NCBI GenBank assembly: GCA_951406725.2
Contig: OX597816.1
Coordinates: forward strand, 18,414,001-18,478,000
Length of the DNA stretch: 64,000 bases
Origin: Octopus vulgaris
Taxonomy: Eukaryota
Direction of reading: 5' to 3'
Shown: positions 13,770 to 26,759 of the stretch, one piece after another
How the letters are laid out: every line of letters starts with the position of its first letter
Numbering within the stretch: position 1 is the first letter of the stretch
The notes under the pieces: generated by a model
What the model saw: the letters and a program-made list of their open reading frames with translations, nothing else
Database searches by the model: none
Told to the model about the DNA's origin: nothing
Made by a program: the position numbers and the translations under genes

Positions 13770-14269
13770 CTCCCTGGTTTGGATTTGAAAACACTGAAAG
13801 CTGGAGCATACCCTTTCGGCCTGTTATCGCTTCTGAAGATCTGCTCAAAACTAACAGTGTTAGCAAATTCAAATATGCAAACGAAGAATTTCTGCTCTCC
13901 CCCTTCCACCAGCGTGGGTTAAAATCAGCAAACATTATGCTTTTTTTCGGTAAAATCCGAGGCATTTTATAGAGAGAGATGAATTATAATTTCAACAATT
14001 GAGGGTAAAATTAATTAATTAATCAATTTCACCAAGTATTCAGTATACAAAGGGACCATTTAAGGCGAATTCAAATTATTACATTATATAAAAGGGCTTA
14101 GTAAAATAAATTACTTTGCCGCATACTGAACTCATTAGAAATAGCAGCTAAAAAAACTTTTTAAAACTATCTCCAATACTTAAAGAAAATCTCTCTCGTA
14201 TAGTGTTTGCTCAATTCAACTCACGAAAGTATGAGGGTAGAGACATTAAAAAATCAAATGCAAAGGTTA

Positions 14270-14326
14270 TTTGAGAACGTACGTTTCAAGATTAGTCAAA
14301 TCGACACTTCTATCATCAGCTCAGAA
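14270..14326 (-). ncRNA. Hammerhead-like motif, copy 2
   Basis: Reverse complement of 15014-15070. Confidence 0.6.
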
Positions 14327-15013
14327 CTCCCTGGTTTGGATTTGAAAACACTGAAAGCTGGAGCATACCCTTTCGGCCTGTTATCGCTTCTGAAGATCTG
14401 CTCAAAACTAACAGTGTTAGCAAATTCAAATATGCAAACGAAGAATTTCTGCTCTCCCCCTTCCACCAGCGTGGGTTAAAATCAGCAAACATTATGCTTT
14501 TTTTCGGTAAAATCCGAGGCATTTTATAGAGAGAGATGAATTATAATTTCAACAATTGAGGGTAAAATTAATTAATTAATCAATTTCACCAAGTATTCTT
14601 TAAGTATTGGAGATAGTTTTAAAAAGTTTTTTTAGCTGCTATTTCTAATGAGTTCAGTATGCGGCAAAGTAATTTATTTTACTAAGCCCTTTTATATAAT
14701 GTAATAATTTGAATTCGCCTTAAATGGTCCCTTTGTATACTGAATACTTGGTGAAATTGATTAATTAATTAATTTTACCCTCAATTGTTGAAACTATAAT
14801 TCATCTCTCTCTATAAAATGCCTCGGATTTTACCGAAAAAAAGCATAATGTTTGCTGATTTTAACCCACGCTGGTGGAAGGGGGAGAGCAGAAATTCTTC
14901 GTTTGCATATTTGAATTTGCTAACACTGTTAGTTTTGAGCAGATCTTCAGAAGCGATAACAGGCCGAAAGGGTATGCTCCAGCTTTCAGTGTTTTCAAAT
15001 CCAAACCAGGGAG

Positions 15014-15070
15014 TTCTGAGCTGATGATAGAAGTGTCGATTTGACTAATCTTGAAACGTACGTTCTCAAA
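15014..15070 (+). ncRNA. Hammerhead-like motif, copy 3
   Basis: tgag-CTGATGA-taga..gtc/gac..tctt-GAAA-cgtacg-TT-ctca: 4-bp stem I, palindromic stem III, GUU triplet; stem II imperfect. Confidence 0.6.
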
Positions 15071-15356
15071 TAACCTTTGCATTTGATTTTTTAATGTCTC
15101 TACCCTCATACTTTCGTGAGTTGAATTGAGCAAACACTATACGAGAGAGATTTTCTTTAAGTATTGGAGATAGTTTTAAAAAAGTTTTTTTAGCTGCTAT
15201 TTCTAATGAGTTCAGTATGCGGCAAAGTAATTTATTTTACTAAGCCCTTTTATATAATGTAATAATTTGAATTCGCCTTAAATGGTCCCTTTGTATACTG
15301 AATACTTGGTGAAATTGATTAATTAATTAATTTTACCCTCAATTGTTGAAATTATA

Positions 15357-15410
<54 letters not shown>

Positions 15411-15414
<4 letters not shown>

Positions 15415-16064
15415 TTGTTATCGCCATATTAATATGGCATTCTTATAGATATAAGAATAATCGCTCCCGCTTGTCAGCTCCATGAGGCCACCGCCATCAA
15501 GATAGCTATTGATACACGATCTGTATCCATTATAACCTTCGAACAAGGGAGGTCAGCCGCTTCACACTGCCAGTCCGACAGCTACAGACGCGTTTCGGGG
15601 TATTGCCCCTTGTCAATGTAGCGCAGTCAGACCCGCAGGTGTCGCCACTGACGTCTCTGTTCCAAGGTTTCTATTTACCTAGTTTCAGTGGAATACATCC
15701 ACTTGTTTTAAATAATAGAAATATTAAAATTACTAAGTCTCTATAAAAGAGATTACGGCAGCGTTTACTGGAAATTAATTGTTATCGCCATATTAATATG
15801 GCATTCTTATAGATATAAGAATAATCGCTGCCGCTGGTCAGCTCCATGAGGCCACCGCCATCAAGATAGCTAGTTAGCGAAGGTTATAATGGATACAGAT
15901 CGTGTATCAATAGCTATCTTGATGGCAGTGGCCTCATGGAGCTGACCAGCGGCAGCGATTATTCTTATATCTATAAGAATGCCATATTAATATGGCGATA
16001 ACAATTAATTTCCAGTAAACGCTGCCGTAATTTCTTTTATAGAGACTTAGTAATTTCAATATTT
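15411..16064. mobile_element. Tandem plus inverted array of a ~364-bp unit with hammerhead, within (TA)n
   Basis: Unit 15411-15774, partial repeat 15775-15872, and an inverted arm 15878-16064 that crosses the unit junction; (TA)n on both sides. Confidence 0.9.
15581..15622 (-). ncRNA. Minimal type I hammerhead ribozyme motif, U3-A8 variant
   Basis: Sense gctaca-TTGACAA-gggg(caata)cccc-GAAA-cgcg-TC-tgtagc: perfect 6-bp stem I, 4-bp stem II, palindromic stem III, GUC triplet. Confidence 0.85.
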
Positions 16065-16237
16065 ATATATATATATAAATGCATACGAGTATGTATATCA
16101 ACATAAACATTAAAAAAATGTTCATAAACTTCTGCAACGATTATAAATTAGTGAAAACCATACTTGAATGGAGGGACTTAGTTTGGAGAATGGCATCTAG
16201 GTTTATACTAAATCTCTCATTGCATAACTTAGTTCAA

Positions 16238-16478
16238 CTCCAATTATTTGGATATATGAGAATCACAACGCACATACGTATATGTATGTATGTCATTACG
16301 TAGTTTTATTTCAATATTTCTTGCCAAAGCTGGTTTCTAATCTTAAATCCAAGCCTGTATGTATGTATCTCTCTATTTATCTATATACTTAACATTTACG
16401 GAGTATTAATTGAAACAACTGTAAGATATGATGATAAATTTGCTGTTAATAACAAACAACTATTAACTTCCCAATTTC

Positions 16479-16543
<65 letters not shown>

Positions 16544-17611
16544 TGTATAGATATCTATTTTTATATCCATAACTCTATATACATCTGTCTAAATGTCTGT
16601 CTGTCTATCTATCCATATATCTATCTTTATCTATCTAATTTCTTTCCCTTTCTCACAGTCCCTTTCCATTTATATCAATATACCGATCAGTATATGTATA
16701 TATAAAATACGAAAAAGAAAATGGTGATTTGAAACTTAACTGTTTATTATTAACAGCAATTTAATCATCATGCCTTACAGCTGTTTCAATTCATTTTCAG
16801 TAAGTATTAAGTAAATATTAAACTTATATGACCTGAGCATATCTTCAGGGGAAAAGAAACATACCCTTGGATGTGTTACATGTGTTTATGGATTCATTAC
16901 AGAATACTTAATATGGATTCATTATAATGAATCCATAAACACAAAACATGCAAGGGTATATATTTTCCCTCAACTCATAATATAAATTTAATGTATACTG
17001 AACATTTACTGAGTATTAATTGAAACATCTGTACGATATGATGATACATTTGCTGTTAATAATAAACAATTATTAAATTCCAAATCCCCATATATATATA
17101 TATATATGAATGTATAGATATCTATTAATATATCCATAAATCAATATATGTCTGTCTGACTGACTGTCTGTCTGTCTGTCTATCTGTCTATATATATATA
17201 TATATATATGTATGTATATGTATAGACATGCACACAAACATACATATATATAGAGAGAAAACTATATATGTTAGTGTATGTTTATGTGTTTGTATGTGCT
17301 ATATGTATAACTGTTATGTATTTATGAACATTTTCCTCCAAAATATTAATACTATTGCAACGAGTGCACCTCCAATTATTTGGATATATGAGAATCACAA
17401 CGCACATACGTATATGTATGTATGTCATTACGTAGTTTTATTTCAATATTTCTTGCCAATAGCTGGTTTCTAATCTTAAATCCAAGCCTGTATGTATGTA
17501 TCTCTCTATTTATCTATATACTTAACCTTTACGGAGTATTAATTGAAACAACTGTAAGATATGATGATAAATTTGCTGTTAATAACAAACAACTATTAAC
17601 TTCCCAATTTC

Positions 17612-17676
<65 letters not shown>

Positions 17677-18501
17677 TGTATAGATATCTATTTTTATATC
17701 CATAACTCTATATACATCTGTCTAAATGTCTGTCTGTCTATCTATCCATATATCTATCTTTATCTATCTAATTTCTTTCCCTTTCTCACAGTCCCTTTCC
17801 ATTTATATCAATATACCGATCAGTATATGTATATATAAAATACGAAAAAGAAAATGGTGATTTGAAACTTAACTGTTTATTATTAACAGCAATTTAATCA
17901 TCATGCCTTACAGCTGTTTCAATTCATTTTCAGTAAGTATTAAGTAAATATTAAACTTATATGACCTGAGCGTATCTTCATGGGAAAAGAAACATACCCT
18001 TGGATGTGTTACATGTGTTTATGGATTCATTACAGAATACTTAATATGGATTCATTATAATGAATCCATAAACACAAAACATGCAAGGGTATATATTTTC
18101 CCTCAACTCATAATATAAATTTAATGTATACTGAACATTTACTGAGTATTAATTGAAACATCTGTACGATATGATGATACATTTGCTGTTAATAATAAAC
18201 AATTATTAAATTCCAAATCCCCATATATATATATATATATGAATGTATAGATATCTATTAATATATCCATAAATCAATATATGTCTGTCTGACTGACTGT
18301 CTGTCTGTCTGTCTATCTGTCTATATATATATATATATATGTATGTATATGTATAGACATGCACACAAACATACATATATATAGAGAGAAAACTATATAT
18401 GTTAGTGTATGTTTATGTGTTTGTATGTGCTATATGTATAACTGTTATGTATTTATGAACATTTTCCTCCAAAATATTAATACTATTGCAACGAGTGCAC
18501 C
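16238..18501. repeat. Near-perfect tandem duplication of ~1.13 kb
   Basis: 16238-17369 is repeated at 17370-18501 with only a few substitutions and (TA)n length differences. Confidence 0.92.
16723..17088. mobile_element. Decayed palindromic element ending at (TA)n (duplicated at ~17865-18222)
   Basis: Left arm GGTGATTTGAAAC...TATGGATTCATTA mirrors the right arm TAATGAATCCATAAAC...CCAAATCCCC; an extra arm fragment lies at ~16385-16480. Confidence 0.65.
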
Positions 18502-18824
18502 ATAATTCGAAGGATATATTTGTGGAAATGGTTTTTTTTTCTAAAGAAAAAAAAATGAAAGAAAACCTATCCTGTATTTCCGACATATTTTGAGTTTGCT
18601 CTCAACGATTTACGACGAATGTCATTGTAATAAATGCGAGTAAACAGTATACCAATAGCTTTATTTGAATGACAATGTTAATGTATATTCTTCGATAAAT
18701 TCTATTGTTGCATCGATAACAACCCCAGCATATACGAATACACGTACAACAAGCACGAGTATATATTGACATATATTGCCTTGCTTCTCGCTCTATTTCT
18801 CTACCTCATTATCTCTTTGTATAA

Positions 18825-18829
<5 letters not shown>

Positions 18830-18891
<62 letters not shown>

Positions 18892-18898
18892 GATATAT

Positions 18899-18941
<43 letters not shown>

Positions 18942-18997
18942 CATATATATATATATATACATATATATATATGTACATATATATATATATAAATATG

Positions 18998-19032
<35 letters not shown>

Positions 19033-19079
19033 TCACATTTATATATGCATGTATACACACGCACACACACACATATATG

Positions 19080-19126
<47 letters not shown>

Positions 19127-19231
19127 TTACATATATGTGTGTGTGTGCGTGTGTATACATGCATATATAAATGTGAGTATATATATACATATATATATAT
19201 ATATATACATACATATTTATATATATATATA

Positions 19232-19270
<39 letters not shown>
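18830..19270. repeat. (TA)n-rich microsatellite with internal fold-back symmetry
   Basis: ATACTCACATTTATATATGCATGTATACACACGCAC... is mirrored across the (TA)n tract centred near 19100. Confidence 0.85.
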
Positions 19271-19272
<2 letters not shown>

Positions 19273-19394
19273 CTTTTAGCGTCAGGAACTTTTACCGAAA
19301 TTTACATACGTAAAAGTCATATTTACATACCGAAATTTACCGGTAAATATTTGTTGGTTGTCTAAAAAACCACGGAAAGATTATTTACCCCTTT

Positions 19395-19400
<6 letters not shown>
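19271..19400. mobile_element. Short (TA)n-embedded element (family with ~41566-41670 and ~57290-57400)
   Basis: Shared AACTTTT...TACCGA...TATTT(A/C)CATAC(C/A)GAAA and a TTTACCC-type 3' end. Confidence 0.6.
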
Positions 19401-19437
<37 letters not shown>

Positions 19438-19442
19438 TATAT

Positions 19443-19546
<104 letters not shown>

Positions 19547-19740
19547 ATGTATCTGTGCGTGTGAGTGTATTTATGTGCTCAGTCTATATAATATATTTAA
19601 TTGTTTAATTACATATACGCACAAAGATAAACGCAGACATAACACACATATATACACAACACGTAAAAACTCGGGAACTATGGTATATCATTAGATGTTT
19701 AACCACTTTTTATATTTAGGATTACGAACGTTTTACATCT

Positions 19741-20180
19741 GCAGAATCCCCAAGGACATACTCTACGGAGAGCTTGCTAGGGGCACTAGGTTTGTGGGAA
19801 GACCGTTCTTACGATACAAGGATTTCAAAAGAGACATGAGGACATGAGGGCCTGCAACATCAATATTAGCACCTGGGAAGCAGTTGCCAGCAACTGTGGA
19901 GATTGGCGGCGTACCGTAAAAGAGGGAACACAAAGGAGTGACAGAGGGAGAAAGGAGAAATGAAAAGACAAGAAAAGACATCAACAAGAAACCATGACAT
20001 TACAACCAGCCAGGCAAAGTCTGCGCTACATTTGCGCCACCTGCCTGAGGGAGTGTTTGTCCAGGATAGGACTACACAGCCACAGCAGGAGATGTATTAG
20101 GACCTGAAATGTAGAAGCCGGACTAGATTATTTTATGCGCAACTCCATTGTCTCCCGAGACAAAAAAAATGACAACAATT
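19741..20180 (+). mobile_element. RTE-clade LINE 3' fragment
   Basis: RIPKDILYGELARGTRFVGRPFLRYKD...TWEAVASNCGDWRRTVKEG...YICATCLRECLSRIGLHSHSRRC, typical of the RTE C-terminus; frameshifted. Confidence 0.88.
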
Positions 20181-20409
20181 TCGGCATACGAAAATTATTT
20201 TACATGTCTGCACGAATGTGACTGCTACGCATTCAACACTACAGTTGCACATCCACAATCATGCGGGTAAGAAGTCTAGCTCTTCCAGTCAGCACAACAC
20301 GTATTGGATTAATGTGTGATATGATAACCAGATCCACCTTTAGGAGCTTTCTGTAATAGTTATATAATTATTTGACACCTTATACTGAACTACAAATCTG
20401 CATATTCTT

Positions 20410-20790
20410 TCATTCTTTTATTCTTTTACTTGTTTCATTCTTGAAACTGCGGCCAGGCTGGGGTATCACCTTGAAGATTTTTATTCGAATTGATCGACTC
20501 CAGAAGTGATTTTAAAAGTTTGGGACGCATTCTCTCAAACTGTTTTGCCGAATTGCTTAGTTGAGATGGCGTAAACACATCAACGCTGGCTGTCAAATGG
20601 TTTGCAGACAAAACACATAAATGCCTACGCACACATGTATATATATATATATTAAGTTTTCGTCTACCAAATCCACATACAGGTTTGCGATCGGTACCAA
20701 GCTACAGATGAAGACACCTGCCCAAGAGACTGAACCCGAGAGCATCTGTTTGTAAACTATTTTTCCTGCAACAGTAATGCAACTGCGTCA
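20410..20790 (-). mobile_element. Decayed SINE family B
   Basis: CGTCTACCAAATCCAC, GAAGACAC.TGCCCAAG and GACTGAACCCG motifs. Confidence 0.75.
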
Positions 20791-20997
20791 AGAAATACAT
20801 ACATACATATATATGTGAAAAGGCTGAGTTCTATTCCCTCCTTTACTTTGGAGGGTTCGAAAGGGCGATTTATAAAGAAAATTCTTCATATTTCATTGAT
20901 TTTTACGAATATGAGATGTTGAGTCTAGTTGTGTTTTAGTTTATACACAACTATACTCAACAACATTTTTTTAGTATGCTCTTAATTCTTCATAAGG

Positions 20998-21040
<43 letters not shown>

Positions 21041-21112
21041 TTTCCGAATATATTATTTGCTATTTCCTACATTTTATCTTCTGTAATAATAATAATAATA
21101 ATAATATATATA

Positions 21113-21512
21113 TTTCGAATTCATATTGTTATTTAGCCAATAAAAACACACGCACTATATTTGGTGTTATTTTGCTTCAGTGATATTTATTTTTTACATT
21201 AATCTTAATAATTTGAAGTTCTTTCGTCACACTCGTGACCGATCAGTGGTCCTTTGTTTTCTCTCACTTACTTGCTCTCCTACTAACCGTCAGCCATTTT
21301 GTATCAAAATGGCTGACGGTTAGTAAGGAGAGACACAAGTAAGTGAGAAGAAAACAAAGGACCACTGATGCGGTCACAGGAGTGTGACGAAAGAACTTTG
21401 GCCGAAATAAGATTAAGATTAATGTAAAAATAAATATCACTGAAGCAAAATAACACCAAATATATAGTGCGTGTGTTTTATTGGCTAAACTGGCAATATG
21501 ACCATTCCGAAA
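21113..21512. mobile_element. ~400-bp palindromic element with hammerhead-like motif in each arm
   Basis: Arms mirror about 21303. Plus strand 21359-21403 reads ggacca-CTGATGCG-gtcac/gtgac-GAAA-gaac-TT-tggcc, with a mirrored degenerate copy near 21215-21255. Confidence 0.75.
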
Positions 21513-21850
21513 TATAACAATATCTGTTTCAACACACGACTTCACATAAAATATCTTGCACAACAAATATTTAAACGTAATAATAATAATAATTTTCGAT
21601 ATATTCGTCTCGCACTGAGAACAGTCATTTGTAATTAATTTAATTTAATTCAATTAATTTTAATTATTCTACCATGTTATTTACATGTTTTAATATCGCT
21701 GTTTGAAAAGATAGCATACATATATTAAACTTCTTTTCAAATTTAACATCGTGTCTCCATCTTTTAACGATTTGTTGAGTTTCTATGGGGTACCTTTCCA
21801 TAAATTCTTATTACACAATATATTTACACACACACACACACACACATATG

Positions 21851-21906
<56 letters not shown>

Positions 21907-23654
21907 TGCATACGTTTATATATATGTCTATATATATATATATATGTAGACACACACATATATTCATGTATATACGCAAGGCCTGTATCTTAGTGGTTAC
22001 AGTATTCGACTCACGATTGCAAAGTTGTGAGCTCAATTCCTAGCGGTGCGTCGCATCATTGAGCAAAACCCTTTACTTTCCGTTGCTCTAGTCATATAAT
22101 GAGGGAAAAATTACCTCTACATGTACTGAAATGGGGAGAGTTTATCACAGTCTGTATAAAGTTGAATCTGATGTAGAAGTACGTCAAAGGTGTTTGGGGA
22201 ATTGCCGAGCACTTGCTCCTTAATTTCCCTGTCAGGCTTTCTTGTTGATCTGATCAATACATAACCTCCTGTGTGTTTAAAACGTACACTTATTTAACTA
22301 ATCATAAATGCAAAATTGCTTTTGGGTTCAGTCATACTGCATGTCGCTTTTGGCACACGGGGCCAACCGATGGCAGGGAGGGCAGTAATTAGATTACAAA
22401 ACTTGCTCGAATGTTTGCAATAAGGTGGACAGTAATGAAGAACGCCCATGTGTATTTAAATTTGTCAGTCTCCAGCTAGATCAGATGTAGATTTAAAGAT
22501 GTATACTTTGTGCAAATACGGCATGCTATTTGTTCTGACGTTTTTGAAGTTCTGTCATCAACCGCCTTGTATACATGCAATGATATTGACCCGCAAAGGT
22601 TAAAATGCAAAGGTAACCTCGGCCGGAATTGAACTTACCACGCAGTATATTGGAACAAATTCTGCAAAACATTCTGTTCGATGTTTCAGTGACTCTATCA
22701 ATTCGTTAAGTTTCATTTTATAGATTCGGAATAAAATTATTTCGAATGTTTTCTTGAAAATTATTAGCACATTTTTAGTTTTAGTAGGCAAACAAATGAA
22801 ATCCAGTATGTAGTAATATTCCAAAACACACAAGAGAGAAATGGAAGATATTCTTAGAGAGTCCAATGTGTGGAACGTTAAAAATATTTCATACAAAGAC
22901 AGAGGACAAAACAGTGAATGACGAAAAAATGGTGCGAAAACAGGAAGAGAAAAATCAATTATAGAACTGAATCTCTTGAGCGAGATACATTCGGAGTATT
23001 TTTTGCTATTTTATTTCCCAAGACAATGATTTTTACATTTTTATAATTTAAAAATTACTTAAGAAGCAAAATGCAAGTTTTGGAAAATAATTTGTATCAG
23101 TAACACCTAATACAGTATAAAACATATACGCAAGTAAAAATAAATTAGCATTTTTAAGTATTCATTCATCAATTTCTAGGTGAAAAATAAAGGTAGATTA
23201 GGTAACAAATTAATTCTATTCTGCAATAAGTAGAAACATAAAATTTAGTATTCCCCTGGTTAAGTGCAGATTTAGAAAGTAATTAATAATTTGCTTGCGG
23301 CATGAGATAATTTGTAAAGGGAGTTGTCATTTTATGCGATAGCAGAATGTATGAAAAAGTTTTAGTGTGATCACTATTACTATATTATTATTATTTTCTG
23401 TAAATACTTATATATTGGTTTCAAAGTCTGGCACAAGACCTACAAGTCTGTATGTCGGGGAGCCAATTGCATCATCCCAGTGCTCAATTGGTTCCTGTTT
23501 TATCGTCGCTGAAAGATAAAAGGCATAGTCGACCCCGGTCGGAAATTGAACCACGAAATGCTGTAAGGAATTTTTCCCGGCGTTCAAACAAGTCTGTCGT
23601 ATCATTATCTCAATTGTTACTTGTAAATTCATCTATTATCTTTGCTTTTAAAAT

Positions 23655-24252
23655 GAGGCGAGCTGGAAGAAACGTTAGCACGCCGACCGGAATGCGTAGC
23701 TGTATTTCGTTTGTCGTTACGTTCTCAGTTCAAATTCCGCCGAGGTCGAATTTGCCTTTCATCCTTTCGGGGTCGATAAATTAAGTACCATTTACGCACT
23801 GGGGTCGATGTAATCGACTGAATCCCTTTGTCTGTCTTTGTTTGTGTTCTCTGTGTTTATCCCCTTGTGAGTAGTAAAGAAATAGGTATTTCGTCTGCCG
23901 TTACGTTCTGAGTTCAAATTCCGCCGAGGTCGACTTTGTCTTTCATCCTTTCGGGGTCGATAAATTAAGTACATATTACGCACTGGGGGTCGATGTAATC
24001 GACTTAATCCGTTTGTCTGTCCTTGTTTGTGCTCTCTGTGTTTAACCCCTTGTGAGTAGTAAAGAAATAGGTATTTCGTTTGCCGTTACATTCTGAGTTC
24101 AAATTCCACCGAGGTCGACTTTGCCTTTAATCCTTTCGGGGTCTATAAATTAAGTACCATTTACGCACTGGGGTCGATGTACTCGACTTAATCCGTTTGT
24201 CTGTCCTTGTTTGTCCCCTCTGTGTTTAGCCCCTTATGGGTAGTATAGAAAT
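23655..24252 (+). mobile_element. SINE family A trimer
   Basis: One head plus three ~178-bp bodies joined at GAAATAG|GTATTTC; imperfect TSD TATTATCTTT...AAA. Confidence 0.92.
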
Positions 24253-25726
24253 ATATATTATCTTTATTTTCAAACCACGTGTATTTGCCAACAAATTTGT
24301 ATTTTGCTGTGTATCACATTTCGTCATATTATTTCTTCCTCAACATTCTCGGTAATTAAATTGGACATTGGTTGGAAGCTGCACATTCATAAAAGAAAGA
24401 AAACTATTCGCGACGTGCAGTCTTTTGTTTGTTAAGGCCTTTTGTTTATTATAAGTTTAATAGGCATTATTTGGGATAGAAATTATGATTCCGCCTACTG
24501 TTTAGCTACACTTCACATCTCTGTTTGAAATATAACTATGTTTAAGCAGTCAATGATTTTATGGGAGTATTTTTCAGAATGTTATGTTCAATATAAATAC
24601 ATTGCATTGAGAGTGATAATTCAGAGGACAATATTAAATGATCAGAAATTCAAACGAAACTACGTGGAAATAGCAACATATGAATTCAATAGAACATCTG
24701 CATATCCTCCTACACAAATTCATAGAATAAAATTACTTAAAATACCATATATTGTCAACTTACTAAAAATAACGTAAACCATTTATAATGAGTTTATGTA
24801 CTGTTAGCACATACACAGTAATCTAAAGTGAAATAGAAATGATATTTCCACAAATGTACATTCGAAATGACTATAAATTCGAGAATCGTTTAACGTAAAA
24901 TATTTGATTAATACGAGTATGATGTGTCTTAGGCTTTGTTAATCGCTAAATACGCATATATTTCTAGATTTATATTTTTAACACCATTTTCATCAGCGTT
25001 GGCATTTCTCTCTGAAAATCTCATTTAAGTTTAATAGAACAGTATACAATGCACTTTACAAAGAGGAGAATGAATAAATATCAAACTCTCGTCAATAAAT
25101 ACATCACTTGAAATTATGTGATACATAGGATATTATTTATCGAAATCTATTTTGTATGGTAGCATGGTAGCGAAGTAACGAAATATGCTAGATGTACGAG
25201 CAAAACTCAGAATATTTCAGTCACTAAACAGTATTAGCACACAGTAAATACTCAATCGCAACGTTTTGTATTTATTAAGGGTTATCTTTTCCCCAGTGCT
25301 TAGAACATAGTCTTTGCAATGAATCGGCTTATATTTACAAAATTGTAAGATCCGTAGATATATGACTTCAAATTACCAACGATGTATACTTAGAGTTGTT
25401 CGAAGAGTCTCTTATACAGCAGTCCACATATAGTAATTAATATAAGTGTAGGTATTAGGAACTGTAGCTGAGAATAAAGATATTCGAAGAAACCATAAAT
25501 CTTAACTTATAACTAATTGAATTATGCTTATATGAACATCAGAATGAAAAATAATGAAACACAAATCAAAACAGATGTAAAAGAAGACATAACCGAGGGC
25601 AATGAAGAACCGGACGTGTAGGATTTATAGGCAATAAAACACAATGGTTCGCCACCAGTCGGAGTGTAAATCAGTACAATTCTCCCAGGAGGATACATAT
25701 GGCATTATTCGTTACCCGTACTGATA

Positions 25727-26510
25727 TTGGCAGAATCATTAGAACACTGGGCGAAATGCTTAGCAGTATTTCGTCTGTCTTTAGGGCCTGAGTTCAAATT
25801 TCGCCGAGGTCGACTTTGCCTTTCATCCTTTCGGGGTCGATTAAATAAGTACCAGTTACGCACTGGCGTCGATATAATCGACTTAATCTGTCCTTGTTTG
25901 TTCTCTCTGTGTTTAGCCCCTTGTGGGCAGTAAAAAATAGGTATTTCGTCTGTCTTTACGGCCTGAGTTCAAATTTCGCCGAGGTCGACTTTGCTTTTCA
26001 TCCCTTCGCGGTCGCTAAATTACGTACCGGTTGCGTACAGGGGTCGATTTAATCGACTGGCTCCCCACTCCCCCAAAACTTCGGGCCTTGTGCCTAGGTT
26101 AGAAAAGATTATCAGTTACACATAATGCGACGAGCTGGCTGAATCATTAGAACACCAGTCAAAACGCTTAGTGATAATTCATCCATCTTTACGTTCTGAG
26201 TTCAATTTCCGCCGGGGTCGAATTTACATTTCATTTTTTTTTTGGTGGGGAGCGAGAAAATAAGTACCAATAAAGTACTGGAATCGACAACGTAATCGAC
26301 TACCTACCTCCCCGCCAGGAATTTCCGGCTGTTATCTTCTCATAGGGCGGTGAGATTGCAGAATCGTGAGCATTCCGGGTAAAATGCTTAGCAACATTTC
26401 ACTCGTCTTAAGTATTTATTTGAAATTCCACTGAAGTCGGAATTTCGGGTCAATAAAATAAATATCAGTCGAGCACTGGGAGTAATGTCATCGATTCAGC
26501 CCACCCTCAC
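25727..26510 (+). mobile_element. Cluster of SINE family A copies (dimer plus decayed monomers)
   Basis: Repeated head and core motifs; junction AAATAG|GTATTTC at about 25940. Confidence 0.85.
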
Positions 26511-26624
26511 TAAAGAAATAATGAAAACCACTACAGTCATAGGCCCACGGGCATATGGCATAGTGGTTAAGAGCGCGGACTACTATCCCCAAGATTCCGA
26601 GATCGGAACACAAATACACTCACA

Positions 26625-26691
26625 CACAAATACACAGACACACAAATACACAGACACACAAATACACGCACTCACACACACACACACCCAC

Positions 26692-26759
<68 letters not shown>

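Larger units (their letters stand above)
13525..15355. mobile_element. Tandem plus inverted array of a ~557-bp unit with hammerhead motif, within (TA)n (Penelope-like pLTR/retrozyme-like)
   Basis: Direct copies 13525-14082 and 14083-14598, then an inverted, circularly permuted ~1.36 units at 14596-15355; copies nearly identical; (TA)n on both sides. Confidence 0.9.

Noticed and set aside
13650-15133. Three identical 90-aa and 68-aa ORFs as a protein-coding gene
   Set aside because: Identity simply reflects the DNA repeat. The 90-aa ORF starts at TTG, neither has a recognisable domain, and no coding evidence is visible.
16820-16855. Minus-strand CTGAAGA-TATG/CATA as a hammerhead
   Set aside because: No GAAA follows stem II, and the duplicate copy lacks the CTGA.
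23655-24252. CRISPR-like or tRNA gene arrays
   Set aside because: The units are whole SINE bodies without unique spacers, and the heads do not form a complete cloverleaf.
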